Assembly (NCBI GenBank): GCA_001687465.1
Contig: LVLI01000242.1
Location: 1-64,000, forward strand
Length of the DNA stretch: 64,000 bases
Direction of reading: 5' to 3'
Source of the DNA: Halocafeteria seosinensis
Lineage: Eukaryota
The notes under the pieces are model-generated. The model did not search any database and was not told the DNA's origin. It saw only the letters and a program-made list of their open reading frames with translations. A program made the position numbers and the translations under genes. Every line of letters starts with the position of its first letter. The stretch's first letter is position 1. Shown piece by piece: positions 14,097 through 26,053 of the stretch.

Positions 14097-14338
14097 AGCG
14101 ACATTAAACAATGTACACACTTGTATTATGACTACCGTACCAGTCCTCCATCATAACTGACCAAAATTAAAACAACAGTGAACGTAGTATGGATTATTTA
14201 TCATGTATAAGCTCGAATCGCTTTTTGTTGGGGAGCCAATTTGGGAATGATTTCTGGGCCGGTGTTCCAGAGGAAGTTTGTATTTAGTGTTGTTTCCAGG
14301 ATTTTCCCTTCTTTGTATTCATCCAGAATAAACCGACG

Positions 14339-16055
14339 ATGGCTGAACAGAGCTCCCAGAATAATGGTCCCTTGGCTGGAACGGGCACCCACATTGACAC
14401 GAATCGACATAAACCAAGCCGGCCGGAAGCTGCCAGTAATCTTCCAGTTCCATTGGAGCGCTGCACTGAGATACCTCGAATGGACTACCAGAAGGACCGG
14501 CAAGCTATCCATAAGCGCCTCAAGGACTCGTTACCTGTGGTAATAGGCAACTTTTACCCTGTTTTGGACGCTGTAGGGCACTGGAACTTCTCCCATCTGT
14601 ACGATGTCCTGGCCTCCAAGCCCGAGTTCAACAACCATTTCACGGTGTTTACCTCCAAGAAGGGCCATTTCATGTACCATGACGATGAGAAAAATGCTGC
14701 CGGGTAGGTGCACTGAGCACGTGGAAGCGCTCTCAACTTTGGTATCATGGTTACGTTGGGTGTGCAGGTTTGAATTCCAACCGGAAAAGGAGACACATGA
14801 ATTGAAATTCGGTGAATTCGCTTCCGAGTTCCAGAAGCGCTGCAAACTTAATGGAAGGGATGCGTTTAACGATGAGAATTCCAGAAAAGTGACCAAATGG
14901 GATGATATCCACGTTTCGGAATCCTTGGAACTGGATGCTGCGGTGGCTGAAGAGGCTGCTACCTGGAATCAACGAGGCTCCTTATCCTCTGCTCAGACGA
15001 GTGATAGCTCATTAGATGAGAGGAAAGATGAAGTGAGCTCTATAAGTGCCGCTGGCATTGAAGCGTGTGCACCGAATAATCCTGTTCATCGAGTAGGAAA
15101 ATTTGGAAAGATGGATACCACCGAGAGAAAGAAGGAAGCGATGTATCTCCAACAGAAACTGTATGCTGATCTCCCTACGCATTTTGCTAATGAATTTTCT
15201 CGTATCGACTGGCAGAGCCTGTACCAGTTTGTAGGACGCCATGGGTGGAAAACACTTACATCAAATGTCCTACTCATTGGACACGCGGGTTCGACCACCC
15301 CGATCCACTTCGATGAGCAGGAAAATCTCTTTGTACAGATTCAAGGGAAAAAGCAAGTTATACTAGCTTCTCCTGAAAATTACTTGAATCTGTATCCATT
15401 TCCCAGGCATCACCCGGCGGATAGACAAAGCCAAGTAGACCTAGAAGACTTGGACTTTGACAGGTTTCCAGCTGTCAACTCTGTGAAATTTTGGTGGACC
15501 GAATTACAGCCGTCAGAAGTTCTCTATATACCAATTTATTGGTGGCATTATATATCTAGCATTACAGATAGCGTTAGCTTGAACTTTTGGTTCTTGGGAA
15601 AATCTCGTCAAGTCGATTTGGAAGATCCAATTCCTGATAACCAGAGTCGGGTTACGCTCTATAGGAATTTAGAGAAACTTGCCGCTGAAGTTGCCGGCGC
15701 TCGAAAGGCTGCAGAAGCATTCCTTCTCTTGGATAACAGGTTTGAAAGAGAGGATGACATATTAGAGGATGAGGAGCAGGACGCTGAGGATTCTACTAAA
15801 GGGGTAGCACCGACAAGGCTCGACGTACTGAAGACTCTGTTCCAAGCGGCAAGCCACATTGTTTCCCCGAGAGAGGCGCTCTCTGTGCTGATGGAAGTGG
15901 CTCACCGTCGTTTCCGGTATCTGACATTAGAACCTGAAATGGACAGTGTCACTGAGAACACCACGAATGAAACGCCGACAGGAAATGCTAGTGCCCAAGG
16001 GCCGGCCAGAATTGAACCGCATGATAGCGACGATGACGTAGGTTGTGTTGATTAG
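14339..16055 (+). CDS. JmjC 2-oxoglutarate hydroxylase, FIH (HIF1AN)-like
   Basis: 'LTSNVLLIG', 'TPIHFDEQENLFVQIQGKK', 'LYPFPRHHPADRQSQVD', 'LYIPIYWWHYI', 'SLNFW' resemble FIH as I recall it. HxD...H triad intact. Intron ~14704-14767. Confidence 0.88.
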
Positions 16056-16510
16056 GAGTAACCTGTGTATTTGCGACTTCTATTTTTTCCCCATCCGACA
16101 ACATCGAATAAAACCACCGATTTCATTGAACACAATAAATTCTTCTCTGATAACTTACAATTTAACCAAACGTTTCACCCGTCCACTATACAGAAGTGCC
16201 AGGAGGACACCCGGAGGGACCCACAGTGGGTCACCCGCTTCTTCGCTTAACTACTTCCAGGTGCAGTGCGGCAGCCACGTGACTCACCGGATACCCCATC
16301 TTTGGCTCTCCTGTTATTATGAGGCATTCCCCGGTTTGATGACGGACGATAGTACCCCCATTTGGACTGTGAGTAACCTCTCGAAAAATTTGGGGAAGTG
16401 GATACATGGTAGTGGATACGAAAAGCTAAAGAACCTGCATCTGGCGGGACGGGAAAAGACTGTATAGAGCCAAAATGTACTCTATAACAGGTTTTTTGGA
16501 CTCCCCTCGC

Positions 16511-17901
16511 ATGAGGACGTTCGTCCTCTGGTATGTGCATCTGGCACCGTTGCTTGTATGGAGTGATAAGCTGTGTAATTGGTGGTATGCAGCTTGCTGA
16601 CGTTAGTGGTCCTCCTGGGAGGCTCAGGGAAACAATCATTTGCGAAATCGCCTTCGCATTCGGGATCTCGAGGACATTGGAGGTCAAAGTCTAGTCTCAT
16701 GAATGCGCGCTCCTCTGTCTCGGATTCCCATCCCAGTAGGACCCGGAAAATGGGAGGAACTGAAAAGCGGCAGATGGCTGACTTCTTCGAAGGTTTAGTC
16801 AATTCCGCTAGTTCCCATAACTCCAAGGAGCAACAGGAAAAACTCAAGTTAATTCGGTTGATAAAGGACGAAATTTATCAAGATACAGACGAATATGGAA
16901 GGACCCAAGTGCAGAGAGAAATTGAAGAGCAGGACAAGCAAGAGATACCACCGCAGTATCCAGATGTCGCGGAGGGAAATGGCAGTGACGCGCATTGCGT
17001 ATACACACAAGACCCGGGAGAGCAACCTCGTATCGTGAATGCAAGTGATCCTGCCTATTATCCACAGGTAAGTCTGCTCACCACTCTTGAACAGTAGTGA
17101 TTTCTAACGTCTATCCATGCCATGGGTCACAGAGGCGATATATGAAGTCGCGTCTGCCAGCGGCGTGTACCATGTTCCACAATACGTCTACCTGCTGTAA
17201 TGGTCATCAGGCTGACCTCTTAATGCAGCGGACGGGAGCCATTCAGATGTTTGCGAATCCCGCTCTACTCGGTTGTCAAGCGTGTGCTGACAACCTCGTC
17301 CGCTTTTGGTGCATAGTTACTTGTTCTCCTTTTCAGTCAGAATTTCTTTTGAACGCGTCGATGCGGGAAACATCGGAATATGGACCCATAATAACGGGAA
17401 CATTACTGGGATTTAAGGTATTGAAAGCGATAACATCTCGTATACTCGGCTCTAGTTTATTACTTGTCGTTAACACCGTGACTAATGCAGGATTATCTGT
17501 GCGAGCTATGGGATAGCTGCAAAGACACGGGAACAGTAGGGCTGCTCTCTCTACCTTCTTCAGAAGCGCTATACAAGCTACAGCTTCAAACACATGGCCC
17601 TGCGAATGGCGTTTACTTCTACTTGGACTACGCAGACGAGGATCCAGTAAAGCATCGGGTAAATGCGCCGATACAGAGTTGTAATAACTACATGAACTTG
17701 ACTCATCCGGAGAAAAAAAACATGTCGTGTCCTTGCGAGTCGTGCGGAGCAAGCTGCACAAAAGATGCGGAACCGACCTACTCGCCCGTCGCAGTTTTGT
17801 ATGGATTCAACAAGTGGCCAGTTATTGGGCTCTATATTTTCATCGCCCTCGTGACTGCAATCTCCATATGGAAAGATGGGCTGTGCGACCGCAACAAATA
17901 G
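16511..17901 (+). CDS. Membrane protein with NPC1 N-terminal (sterol-binding)-like domain and a single TM
   Basis: Spliced signal peptide MRTFVLC|LLTLVVLLGG; 'TCCNGHQ...CQACADNLVRFWCIVTCSPFQSEFL', 'LWDSCKD', 'CPCESCGASC'; then TM 'VIGLYIFIALVTAISIW' and stop. Confidence 0.8.
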
Positions 17902-17969
17902 CGGTCACATACCACTAGACTTCATGCAGGTAACTGGTCGAAATTCGGCGCAATAAACAGGAAAGATGT

Positions 17970-19483
17970 TCAACTACCACTTGCTGCATCGCTTTCATCA
18001 GATACCTCTTCCTTCAAACTTCCTTGCTTTGCAAATTTATCCTGCAGAGACTCGTCCGGACTTTGAACAGAAGCCGAGCGCATAGTACGCAAAAAGGCGA
18101 CTGACAAATCACTTGAGTCACTGCTAGCAGAAGCAGTTCGCCTAAGGTCATCATCAACCCTCGTTCCAGGATGCATGTTAGCAAAGGTGGATGATCGCGC
18201 TTTGGGCAGCGAGCTATCCAGCAATTCGTGCCTTTCATGAGCAATGTCGCTGTGACCCCTTAAGCGGTTATTTGTCACGTCAAAAGCTACACTGGGGTCT
18301 AGTCCGAGTTGCTCAAACATCTCTTCTCGTTGTTTAGGCATTTTCGGTAGAGGAAAGTTCAAGTTTTCTTTAGCCCATTCCTTATACTGTTCACAGCTAC
18401 GAAATTCGTTTTCGAATATGCGTTCAAGTTCTTCAAAAACGATCTCCAGTATATCATTAAACACATTAGAACGAGGAGGTGTCATCATCACACCTTGGGC
18501 AACCTGATGAGCAGCTTCCTTCACGCGCGAGTTATTGAAATCCAGGGGCAACTTATGGCGGGCGCCTTCTGCAATATACCGTCGAAAAAGGGCTGGACCC
18601 CGTTCTTCCAATAAATTGCTACGGTTAAGAGACCTAAAATCAACAACCTTGAAATAGAATTCTAGCAGAAAAATCTTATCTGGACACTCTTCTAACAAAT
18701 AGGAGCGGAAGAGTTTGATGTATTCCGAGTTCTTTAGGAAATCGTCAAGCACTGGCGGGGTAGAGAACTTGACTGCATGGTGAGCGATGCAGTAGTCCGC
18801 CCCGGCTAAATTAACACGCGGAAGTGCGCATCCTACCACAGAGCATTGTCGTCTCCTCGCATGATCCGGTAGCCATTTTTGTAGTATGTCAAGGAACACC
18901 AAACGCTCCTCTTTCGCTTCCGAACTGTTAAGGAAAAACCCAGCAAACTGCACAAATCAGCTATTAGTACTCAACAAACGAGGGTGAAACAAAGACAAGC
19001 TTGCAAACGTACTTCATTCGACCCAAAAAATCCTTTGAAGACTTGGATCTTAGACCAATTTTTCTCCTGTATTCCAAGTTGGCACACACGATGTTTAAGA
19101 GTAAAGTTCACGGGTCGAAAAAAGAAGCTGCCTCACCTTCATGTGACGCTGCAATACCTCCACCGCAGCGTTTCCTACTCGATGAACGAGTTCACAAACG
19201 TCAGTCACATCCACTGCTGACCCTCTTGTAATGTACTCAATGAGGGTCTGAGCCAACACCACCACTGGACCCTGGGCTGGTTCAGCGTCCTGGACATGTA
19301 TTCAAGAACAGTGATACTTCCCATCAAACGCTCTCCTCCTTCTCGTTTTGCACGCACCTTTTCTGTTATCCTCTGTTCCCTCCATAGAAGCGCTATCTTC
19401 AAAATAATCTTGATCAAGTCCTCCCGAATGGAAGTTGCCACGCTAGGCTCAGCAACTGCATGAACAGGATATTTTCCCTCCAT
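17970..19483 (-). CDS. RGS-domain protein (spliced)
   Basis: 'LFRSYLLEECPDKIFLLEFYFKVVDFR...LFRRYIAEGARHKLPL...VFNDILEIVFEELE..FENEFRSCEQY' fits the RGS fold consensus. Small upstream exons with GT-AG boundaries. Confidence 0.75.
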
Positions 19484-20317
19484 ACTCTACGGTAAACTTG
19501 AATCAACAAGTACCAAGATACGTACACTTGGCCGTGGCAGACATGACGGCACCTAGCATCATCTGGGCTCGTTCTCCCAGCTGATCAGCTACTTTTTGCC
19601 TCCCATATTTAGTATTGCTGGAGGGACGGAGATACCAGGATTAAAATAACGCTTTTCATTCCCCCCTCCAGGGGGCCCATAAGTTGGCTTACCTGATGCG
19701 CGAGGCCAAGAACTTCTTGGCCTTGAACATACTATTCAAGATAGTGCTCTATAGAGCAAGGAATAGCATATAAACTACTCTCGGGTGGAGCTGTGTTTCG
19801 GGAACAGCTCTCGTCTTGATATGCAAGATAGGAGTGATACCTACGCACTGAAAGATCATGCGGATAACATGCAGTTTCTTATGCAGCATTCGGAACTGTG
19901 CGTAACAATACGAAAGAATATGTAGTTTTCACGCAATGGATGGGTGTGGATCGTGAAACAAGGGATTGCTGATTCCCGCACGGGGGAATACATGTATTGG
20001 TACAAGGTTGTAGAGTAGGCTTCAATACCGTCCGAAGACAAATGAGCTATCTTGACGCTCCTTCTTGGATCAATGCTCAAAATACACGGTGGTAACCCCT
20101 TGGATTGTAGTGATTTCATACAGGATAGGCGGGAAATGGTGAATGGAGTGGAACCAGTTTACCTTTGGAACACACACGGGCCTTTATTCGAGTGAGAAAA
20201 AAAAACAAAAAAAAACAGACATATTTGCTGTGAAAGCGAGGAATGATGTTCTGATTTAGAATGCACTCCAACAGCCGTGAGGTAACGCCTACTGGGAGTA
20301 TCACAGGTATTACGATA

Positions 20318-20347
20318 TGTATTAGTATTGCTCCTACCGGAAGACGG
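20318..20347 (-). repeat. 30-bp dispersed motif, inverted partner of 921-950
   Basis: TGTATTAGTATTGCTCCTACCGGAAGACGG. Confidence 0.85.
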
Positions 20348-21103
20348 TACTAGGGCACCAAAGTCTCGTGGTTCCGTTCTCCATGATTCTCTCGGCCTCT
20401 ATTGAATAAGACAACACTAGACCATTTATTACCCAGTACGGTATTTAGTCTGCCCAATACCCTTCCACAGCTTCGACGTACTCACTATACATGTACAACC
20501 AAATATGGTATACATTTAGTACTCAATGGCTGCACTCTGACAGGTCGACCGTGAGCGGAAGTCCTTGGGCTGGGTAGATCCAATGGGAACAAAGTAGAAG
20601 ATGCGGTAATATATCGCTTGATAGCTGTTTCCTTAATCTCGTCTTGAAATTTCAGGGCAGTAACAAAACGATGGCACTGTTTGAACGTATCTCGTTAACC
20701 AAGGTTATCCCGCTTCTTATCGTAGGCCAGGGTAGGCGTGTTGGGGTTGGTAGCGACCGTGCCCTTTGAATGGCTTCTTTCTTTTGCGTGGTTGACAATG
20801 ACTGAAGACTACGATCAGTGGCATTTCGCAACCTCTGAGAACTACAGGTACCGACTCAACGGTATCCTGCTTTGAATACATGTACATGTAATCACAGCTC
20901 CCGGTTCCTCTACACTCTCCGAGTCAGGAAGCACATGACACATGCTCCGTGGGACCATGAAAAAACAGAACTTTGAAATCGCCTCACAAACGTGTGGTGT
21001 TGGAAGAACCCATGAACCCACAGAACCCATATCCTCACCCTGATAAGAGTCTTTTCAGCTCTTGGAAAGGCAGGAAAGCCGGTGGGGCTTAGTCCCTTTA
21101 CGA

Positions 21104-21209
21104 ACACACACACATATGTGACAGATAGCCCACCGGTCGGGGATTTGACCGCATCCTCTTAACGAGGATCGGTATGCGCCCGTGTGTGTTCAGCAGCGAC
21201 AGGCCCGCT
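21104..21209 (-). repeat. Dispersed (CA)n-anchored repeat, copy 2
   Basis: (AC)n-ATATGTGACAGATAGCCCACCGGTCGGGGATTTGACCGCATCCTCTTAACGAGGATCGGTATGCGCCCGTGT...CAGCGACAGGCCCGCT. Confidence 0.85.
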
Positions 21210-21505
21210 CTTACGGATTCCGGAAAGTTTTCACTGGCAGCTTCACAAGTGGAGTTAACGGCTGGTCGGGAACGCGCGAGGAGCCAGTATTATACGTACA
21301 CGTACAACGTTGGCATATGTTAGTTGGTAATACTTGGTATATAAATAGTAATTTAATATTTATTGTGTATAGGAGCATGGACGGTTCCTGCATAGTCGAT
21401 TTGTAGAATAGTTGAACAAACGGGGAGCTACTTGCTGGAGGAGGTGACGATTACGAGCCCATTTTCACGCCTTTAATCACTCTAACAGACCTACGGGTGA
21501 CAGAG

Positions 21506-22574
21506 ATGCCTCCAAAGAAGAGGGCAGGCAGCCGTGCCAAAACGCACACTACACAGAGCAAGAAACGGGCGCGGCAGAATGAAGTTGATCCGGAGACGAT
21601 CAAATATAAAATGAACTATGAACTCGATGACACCGAGATAGAATGTAAGTGACGGATGATAACCACGGCAAGGTCCCAAGGCTGTGCATCACTAGAGGAG
21701 GAACTGAAACAACGCAATGCAGTAGATAAAAGGATCGACGAGTTACGGTCTTCGGCCAAGCGTCAGGCTCAAAGGATAACCAACACACTAAATGTTCATC
21801 TCGTGAAGCTACCGAAAAGTGTTAGAGAAATGTCAGTCCAAGAATTCTTGGAAAAGCACGAAGGCAAAATTGAGGTGGTCGTCGCAAGAGATAGAAGCAG
21901 GATGTTGAATGATTCGACCAACACAGTCGCTAAGAAGACAGGAACACAGAGCAGGTAAGTATATCACAGTGTTTGGCTATAGGTATGTTGTTGGAATAAG
22001 GTTTTCTGACGTACTCGGCAGATTTTGCTCCACTGTTGTTAAGAACAAAACCACAAGCTCAAGAATTGGACGTACTCTTGGAACGATTAAAGTAAGCCAT
22101 TTGAATAAGGATCTCCGCGCTTCGCTACGTAGATCTTCCACTGGAAACACAGAAAACAAAGGGAACTACAAGCAAGACGCAACAGCAACAGCAACCGAAG
22201 ACGCCGTCATTTAAAACGATGAAAGTAAGTTAAGCACGCTTTCCAAACCAATGCAAGTTTGTGGATACGTTCAACCGGCAACATTCGTCTCTTCACAGTC
22301 TGCCAAGACACCCGCATTCCATCCCGGTTTACCGAAAACACCGGCTACCAAAGGCGAAAGTGGAAGACGAGCTACTGTCAGGGCAACACTTGGAGCAGAT
22401 GAGAGTGGTGATGCTGCTATCATTGAATTCGAACGCTCAGATGGTAGCAAATTCAATTTGTCTGGAGATCCAACCATGTCCTCAAATCTTTCTGAGGAGG
22501 AGCGTGAAAATGCGTTGGCGCAAATAGAATCCTTACGAAGCCAGCTGGACTCAGCTGCTGCAATGCTCCGATAA
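21506..22574 (+). CDS. Borealin/Nbl1-like chromosomal passenger protein (spliced)
   Basis: MPPKKR N-terminus; 'DKRIDELRSSAKRQAQRITNTLNVHLVKLPKSVREMSVQEFLEKH' resembles the Borealin N-terminal helix (LPxxVRxM); KTP motifs; short C-terminal helical domain. Confidence 0.65.
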
Positions 22575-23443
22575 CAGGGGAAGCGAGTAAACGGATAGAA
22601 CATATTGTACGTAACTTGGAGGTGAATTCGAAGGATAAATTTGGAACCAACAAAAATGTCGGGATGTACGCACGAATAGTAAGTACATTGTAGTGCTTCG
22701 GACACTGCACCCCTGGGCCGTTTTACTTTCTGAAGCCCTTTCTTTTTCATACACCCCTCCATAAGGGAATACACAAATGACACCATTTTCTTTCGTATGT
22801 CACTGGTACTGCGTCTCGTTCGGTAATCGGGCAAGGGACTCAGGCCACCTTTCTCTTGCCCCGCAGATTTCCAAGTACAACTTCAAACGACGATTATTGT
22901 AGAATCCGGTGTCTTGATAGACATATTTGCGGCATATTGTTTCCAAAATATTAAGGAGAATGTCGGGACTTCGTACGGATGTAGCATCGTCAAGAACAGC
23001 TCCTAGTGGCTCCCTAATGGACACCGAGGCTGGGATGAACCGTTCATGAACGTAGATGACGGAGTTTCTTCAAGCCCGAACTGAGCGAGGCTTTGACATA
23101 TTGGCACTCCATTGCAACTGGATAGTACGTAGTTCAGGATCCAAGTTAGTCACCTTCGTGGTGTGTACTCCATTGTGTCTGTCTTACCGAACGAACAGGT
23201 CAGTCCGGCTGGCCGACACCATTGCTGGATACCTTGCGGGAGGAACAGCAAGAGGGCAATTCACAGGCCGCGAGACAGGTACTGGCCATGGTAGGTGCTG
23301 CCCAGGAGAGATACCAATCGCTAGTGGCTCTTCCTCAGACGAAGAAGGCCCAACTTTGAGGAAGGATGCAGTGCGTGGTGGCGGAACCAGCAGGCACCTC
23401 ATGCATGCAGGAAGGCGCTCAGATGCTTCCAATGAAGATGAAG

Positions 23444-23546
23444 CACACACACACAAATGTGACAGATAGCCCACCGGCCGAGAAGTTGACCGCATCCTCT
23501 TAACGAGGAGCGGTATGCGCCCGTGTTAAGCAGCGACGGGCCCGCT
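23444..23546 (-). repeat. Dispersed (CA)n-anchored repeat, copy 3
   Basis: (CA)n-AATGTGACAGATAGCCCACCGGCCGAGAAGTTGACCGCATCCTCTTAACGAGGAGCGGTATGCGCCCGTGTTAAGCAGCGACGGGCCCGCT. Confidence 0.85.
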
Positions 23547-23679
23547 GTTCCTGCAGCCTTGCTGACATGCGCCGTGAGGGAACACAGCACATGAAGAATC
23601 AGCCGCTTCTGAAGTGGGGCGATCGAAGAGATCGTGGCGCGGTTAACTTTGACTCGTACGAATATACCGTCTACCTACG

Positions 23680-24189
23680 TCCTCATGGAGCGCGATCGGT
23701 ATGTAAAGTATCAAAATGAAGCCTCCAAGGGGAATGAAAGGGGATACATGTATAAGCTAACTCCTGTTGCTCACGAAATTCTTAATGACATCAGACCGAA
23801 TGTAGAAGATGAGCACCCACAAGTGGAGCCGAGTAATCAAGACCAAGTCTAAGTAGAGACGGCCAACCAAGTCACACGTAGTTCCAAAACGTGCACTTGT
23901 GGAGTCCCTATTGTTGATGGTGAGCCCTGTGTTCACGTATACGCTGCTGCCAAGAGGAAAGGTTTCTCTGATACAGACGTCTTTCCTCATGACTACTTTA
24001 CCGTACAGCGGTGGTTGCAACAGTTCCCTCCTGACGGAAACTTTGCAGTTGTCACATCCAACGATTTAAAGATGAAGGTAAAACGGTACGGCCTGCTCAA
24101 CGAGGGAGATCATAAACTTTCGCTTCCAGTGACTTCTCCTCCACCTAAAGGAAGATCACGGAAACATAGGCGAATCCTTGGCTCGATGG
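23680..24189 (+). pseudogene. Inverted, degraded copy of the 3' part of the MULE transposase
   Basis: Highly similar to the reverse complement of 24580-25092 (LMERDRYVKYQNEAS...RRILGSM), with indels and a premature stop. Confidence 0.93.
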
Positions 24190-24496
24190 TTATTGCCCTG
24201 TGTAGGATGCATTTGGGAGTGGTAAAGACTAAGGCGCGGGTGTGGTGTCATTCGACATAAGAGGTCTATTTCAGTATGTTATGCGAGTTACCAGCCACAT
24301 TGTCTATGTTTATAGATTAAATATCATACTTTGGTTTACCTGTATACAACGGAATGCGCCGAGACAACCCAAACATGTCATGCGGAGGTGGAAAAGTTGT
24401 AGGGATTCGCCACTGGTTTTCCAGTCGCCTTACGCACGATACCAGGGCATACATTGGAGCAACGATGTTTGCGATGCGTGCATTAGTTAACTGATG

Positions 24497-26053
24497 TCAC
24501 AGTTCGTTGCAGGTGCGCTTGTTGTGATTACTTCCGCCGCATTTGGAACATCTTCGTCGCTTGCCATTTCGATTTCGTTCCATAGAGCCAAGGATTCGCC
24601 TATGTTTCCGTGGTCTTCCTTTAGGTGGAGGCGAAGTCACTGGAAGCGAAAGTTTATGATCTCCCTCGTTGAGCAGGCCGTCCCGTTTTACCTTCATCTT
24701 TAAATCGTTGGATGTGACAACTGCAAAGTTTCCGTCAGGAGGGAACTGTTGCAACCACCGCTGTACGGTAAAGTAGTCATGAGGAAAGACGTCTGTATCA
24801 GAGAAGCCTTTCCTCTTGGCAGCAGCGTATACGTGAACACAGGGCTCACCATCAACAGTAGGGACTCCACAAGTGCACGTTTTGGAACTAAGTGTGACAG
24901 TGTGAGCTTCGTTGGCCGTCTCTACTTTGACTTGGTCTTGATTAGTCGGCTCCACTTGTGGGTGCTCATCTTCTACCTTCATTCTGATGTCATTGAGAAT
25001 TTCGTGAGCAACAGGAGTCAGCTTGTATCCCTTTTCATTCCAGTTGGAGGCTTCATTTTGATACTTTACATACCGATCGCGCTCCATGAGGATGAAGTGA
25101 ATTAATCCCTGAAAGAAGTGTAAGTTTCTAGCCGGTTTCATGGCTTCATTCATGCTCTCTACGATTTGGCTCGTTTTATAACCAAAGGTGATTCTCCCGC
25201 AAGTTTGCAGTGCACAGTACAGAAACTGGTTTTCATCCGGTAAACGAGTGATGTACTCCCATTGGGAATGAGTGCATTTCGCCCTCAGTTTTTGCTTGGC
25301 ATTTTGGAAGCTGGCCTCATTTTTTGCTTTCTGCACATCCCACCAGAGAGAACTAATTTGTTTGTTCATGCGTGCTTTGATGTTGTCTCCGCGATGCTTG
25401 CCGCATGAGAGAAAGTGAGCTTCATTGAAACACTTTTTCGCCGCGTTGGCCCCTCCCTTATCACCATCGGCTACAATGACTGAACTGCGACGGTCGACGT
25501 CTGGAAAATTTCGAGTAAGGAAAGAGTAAAAGTCGGACCATGATTCGTCACATTCGTTCAGAATGTGGAACATAGCTGCAATGCACACTGCATTTTTATT
25601 GGAAGAATACGTCCAAGCACTAAAGATTAAACCGGATTTGTTTGAGTGACAAGCATCACAAACCAGAAAATCTGTGAGCCTTTCTAAGTCTACTGTACCT
25701 GGTGAAAAGCAAGCCGATTTGACATATCGTGCGTCGGGGGAGACCTCGGGAAGCTGAATGTTGCTATTCTCAAAGGTAGGTTGTTGTCTCCGTTCCTGCG
25801 ATGGTAATGTGCTCAGCCAAAGCTTGTAGTCCGCTTTCTTCTTTTTCCTGACAATGTCGCTCAAATGTATACCATACTTTTCTTTCAAACCTTACCATCG
25901 AGGCTTTGCATCATTGTCATCGACTCCTGTAGAACCTGTAGTTGCTTCGTCCCTACTACCATCTCCATAAAACAGCTGTGGATCCGGCCCATCCGCGTCG
26001 GAATCCCCGCCGTGGGAACCTTCATAGGCCCGCGCTTGCGCTCTCGTCAACAT
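24497..26053 (-). mobile_element. Mutator-like (MULE) DDE transposase with SWIM finger and C-terminal zinc knuckle
   Basis: D1 'LVCDACH', D2 'VIVADGDKG', CxxH 'SCGKH', E 'TSQIVESMNE'; SWIM 'CTCGVPTVDGEPCVH'; 'CSKCGGSNHNKRTC'. Probable first exon MLTRAQ...KPR with a GTAAG donor at ~25895. Confidence 0.92.

Noticed and set aside
19703..19723. Perfect palindrome AGGCCAAGAA-C-TTCTTGGCCT (also ATTGGCGCGCGCCAAT at 30999-31014)
   Set aside because: Isolated short palindromes with no supporting context; could be chance in 64 kb.
921..20347. Giant TIR transposon bounded by the 30-bp inverted pair
   Set aside because: No target-site duplication, no transposase inside, and the cargo is ordinary spliced housekeeping genes.
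23444..23546. HDV-like or hammerhead ribozyme in the (CA)n element
   Set aside because: A TCCTCG(T) resembling HDV L3 is present, but I could not build the P1/P2/P3 nested pseudoknot. No CTGATGA/GAAA hammerhead core.
25889..25897. In-frame TAA suggesting the transposase is a pseudogene or uses a variant code
   Set aside because: The TAA lies within a G|GTAAGG splice-donor consensus and is more simply intronic. Other genes use standard stops.
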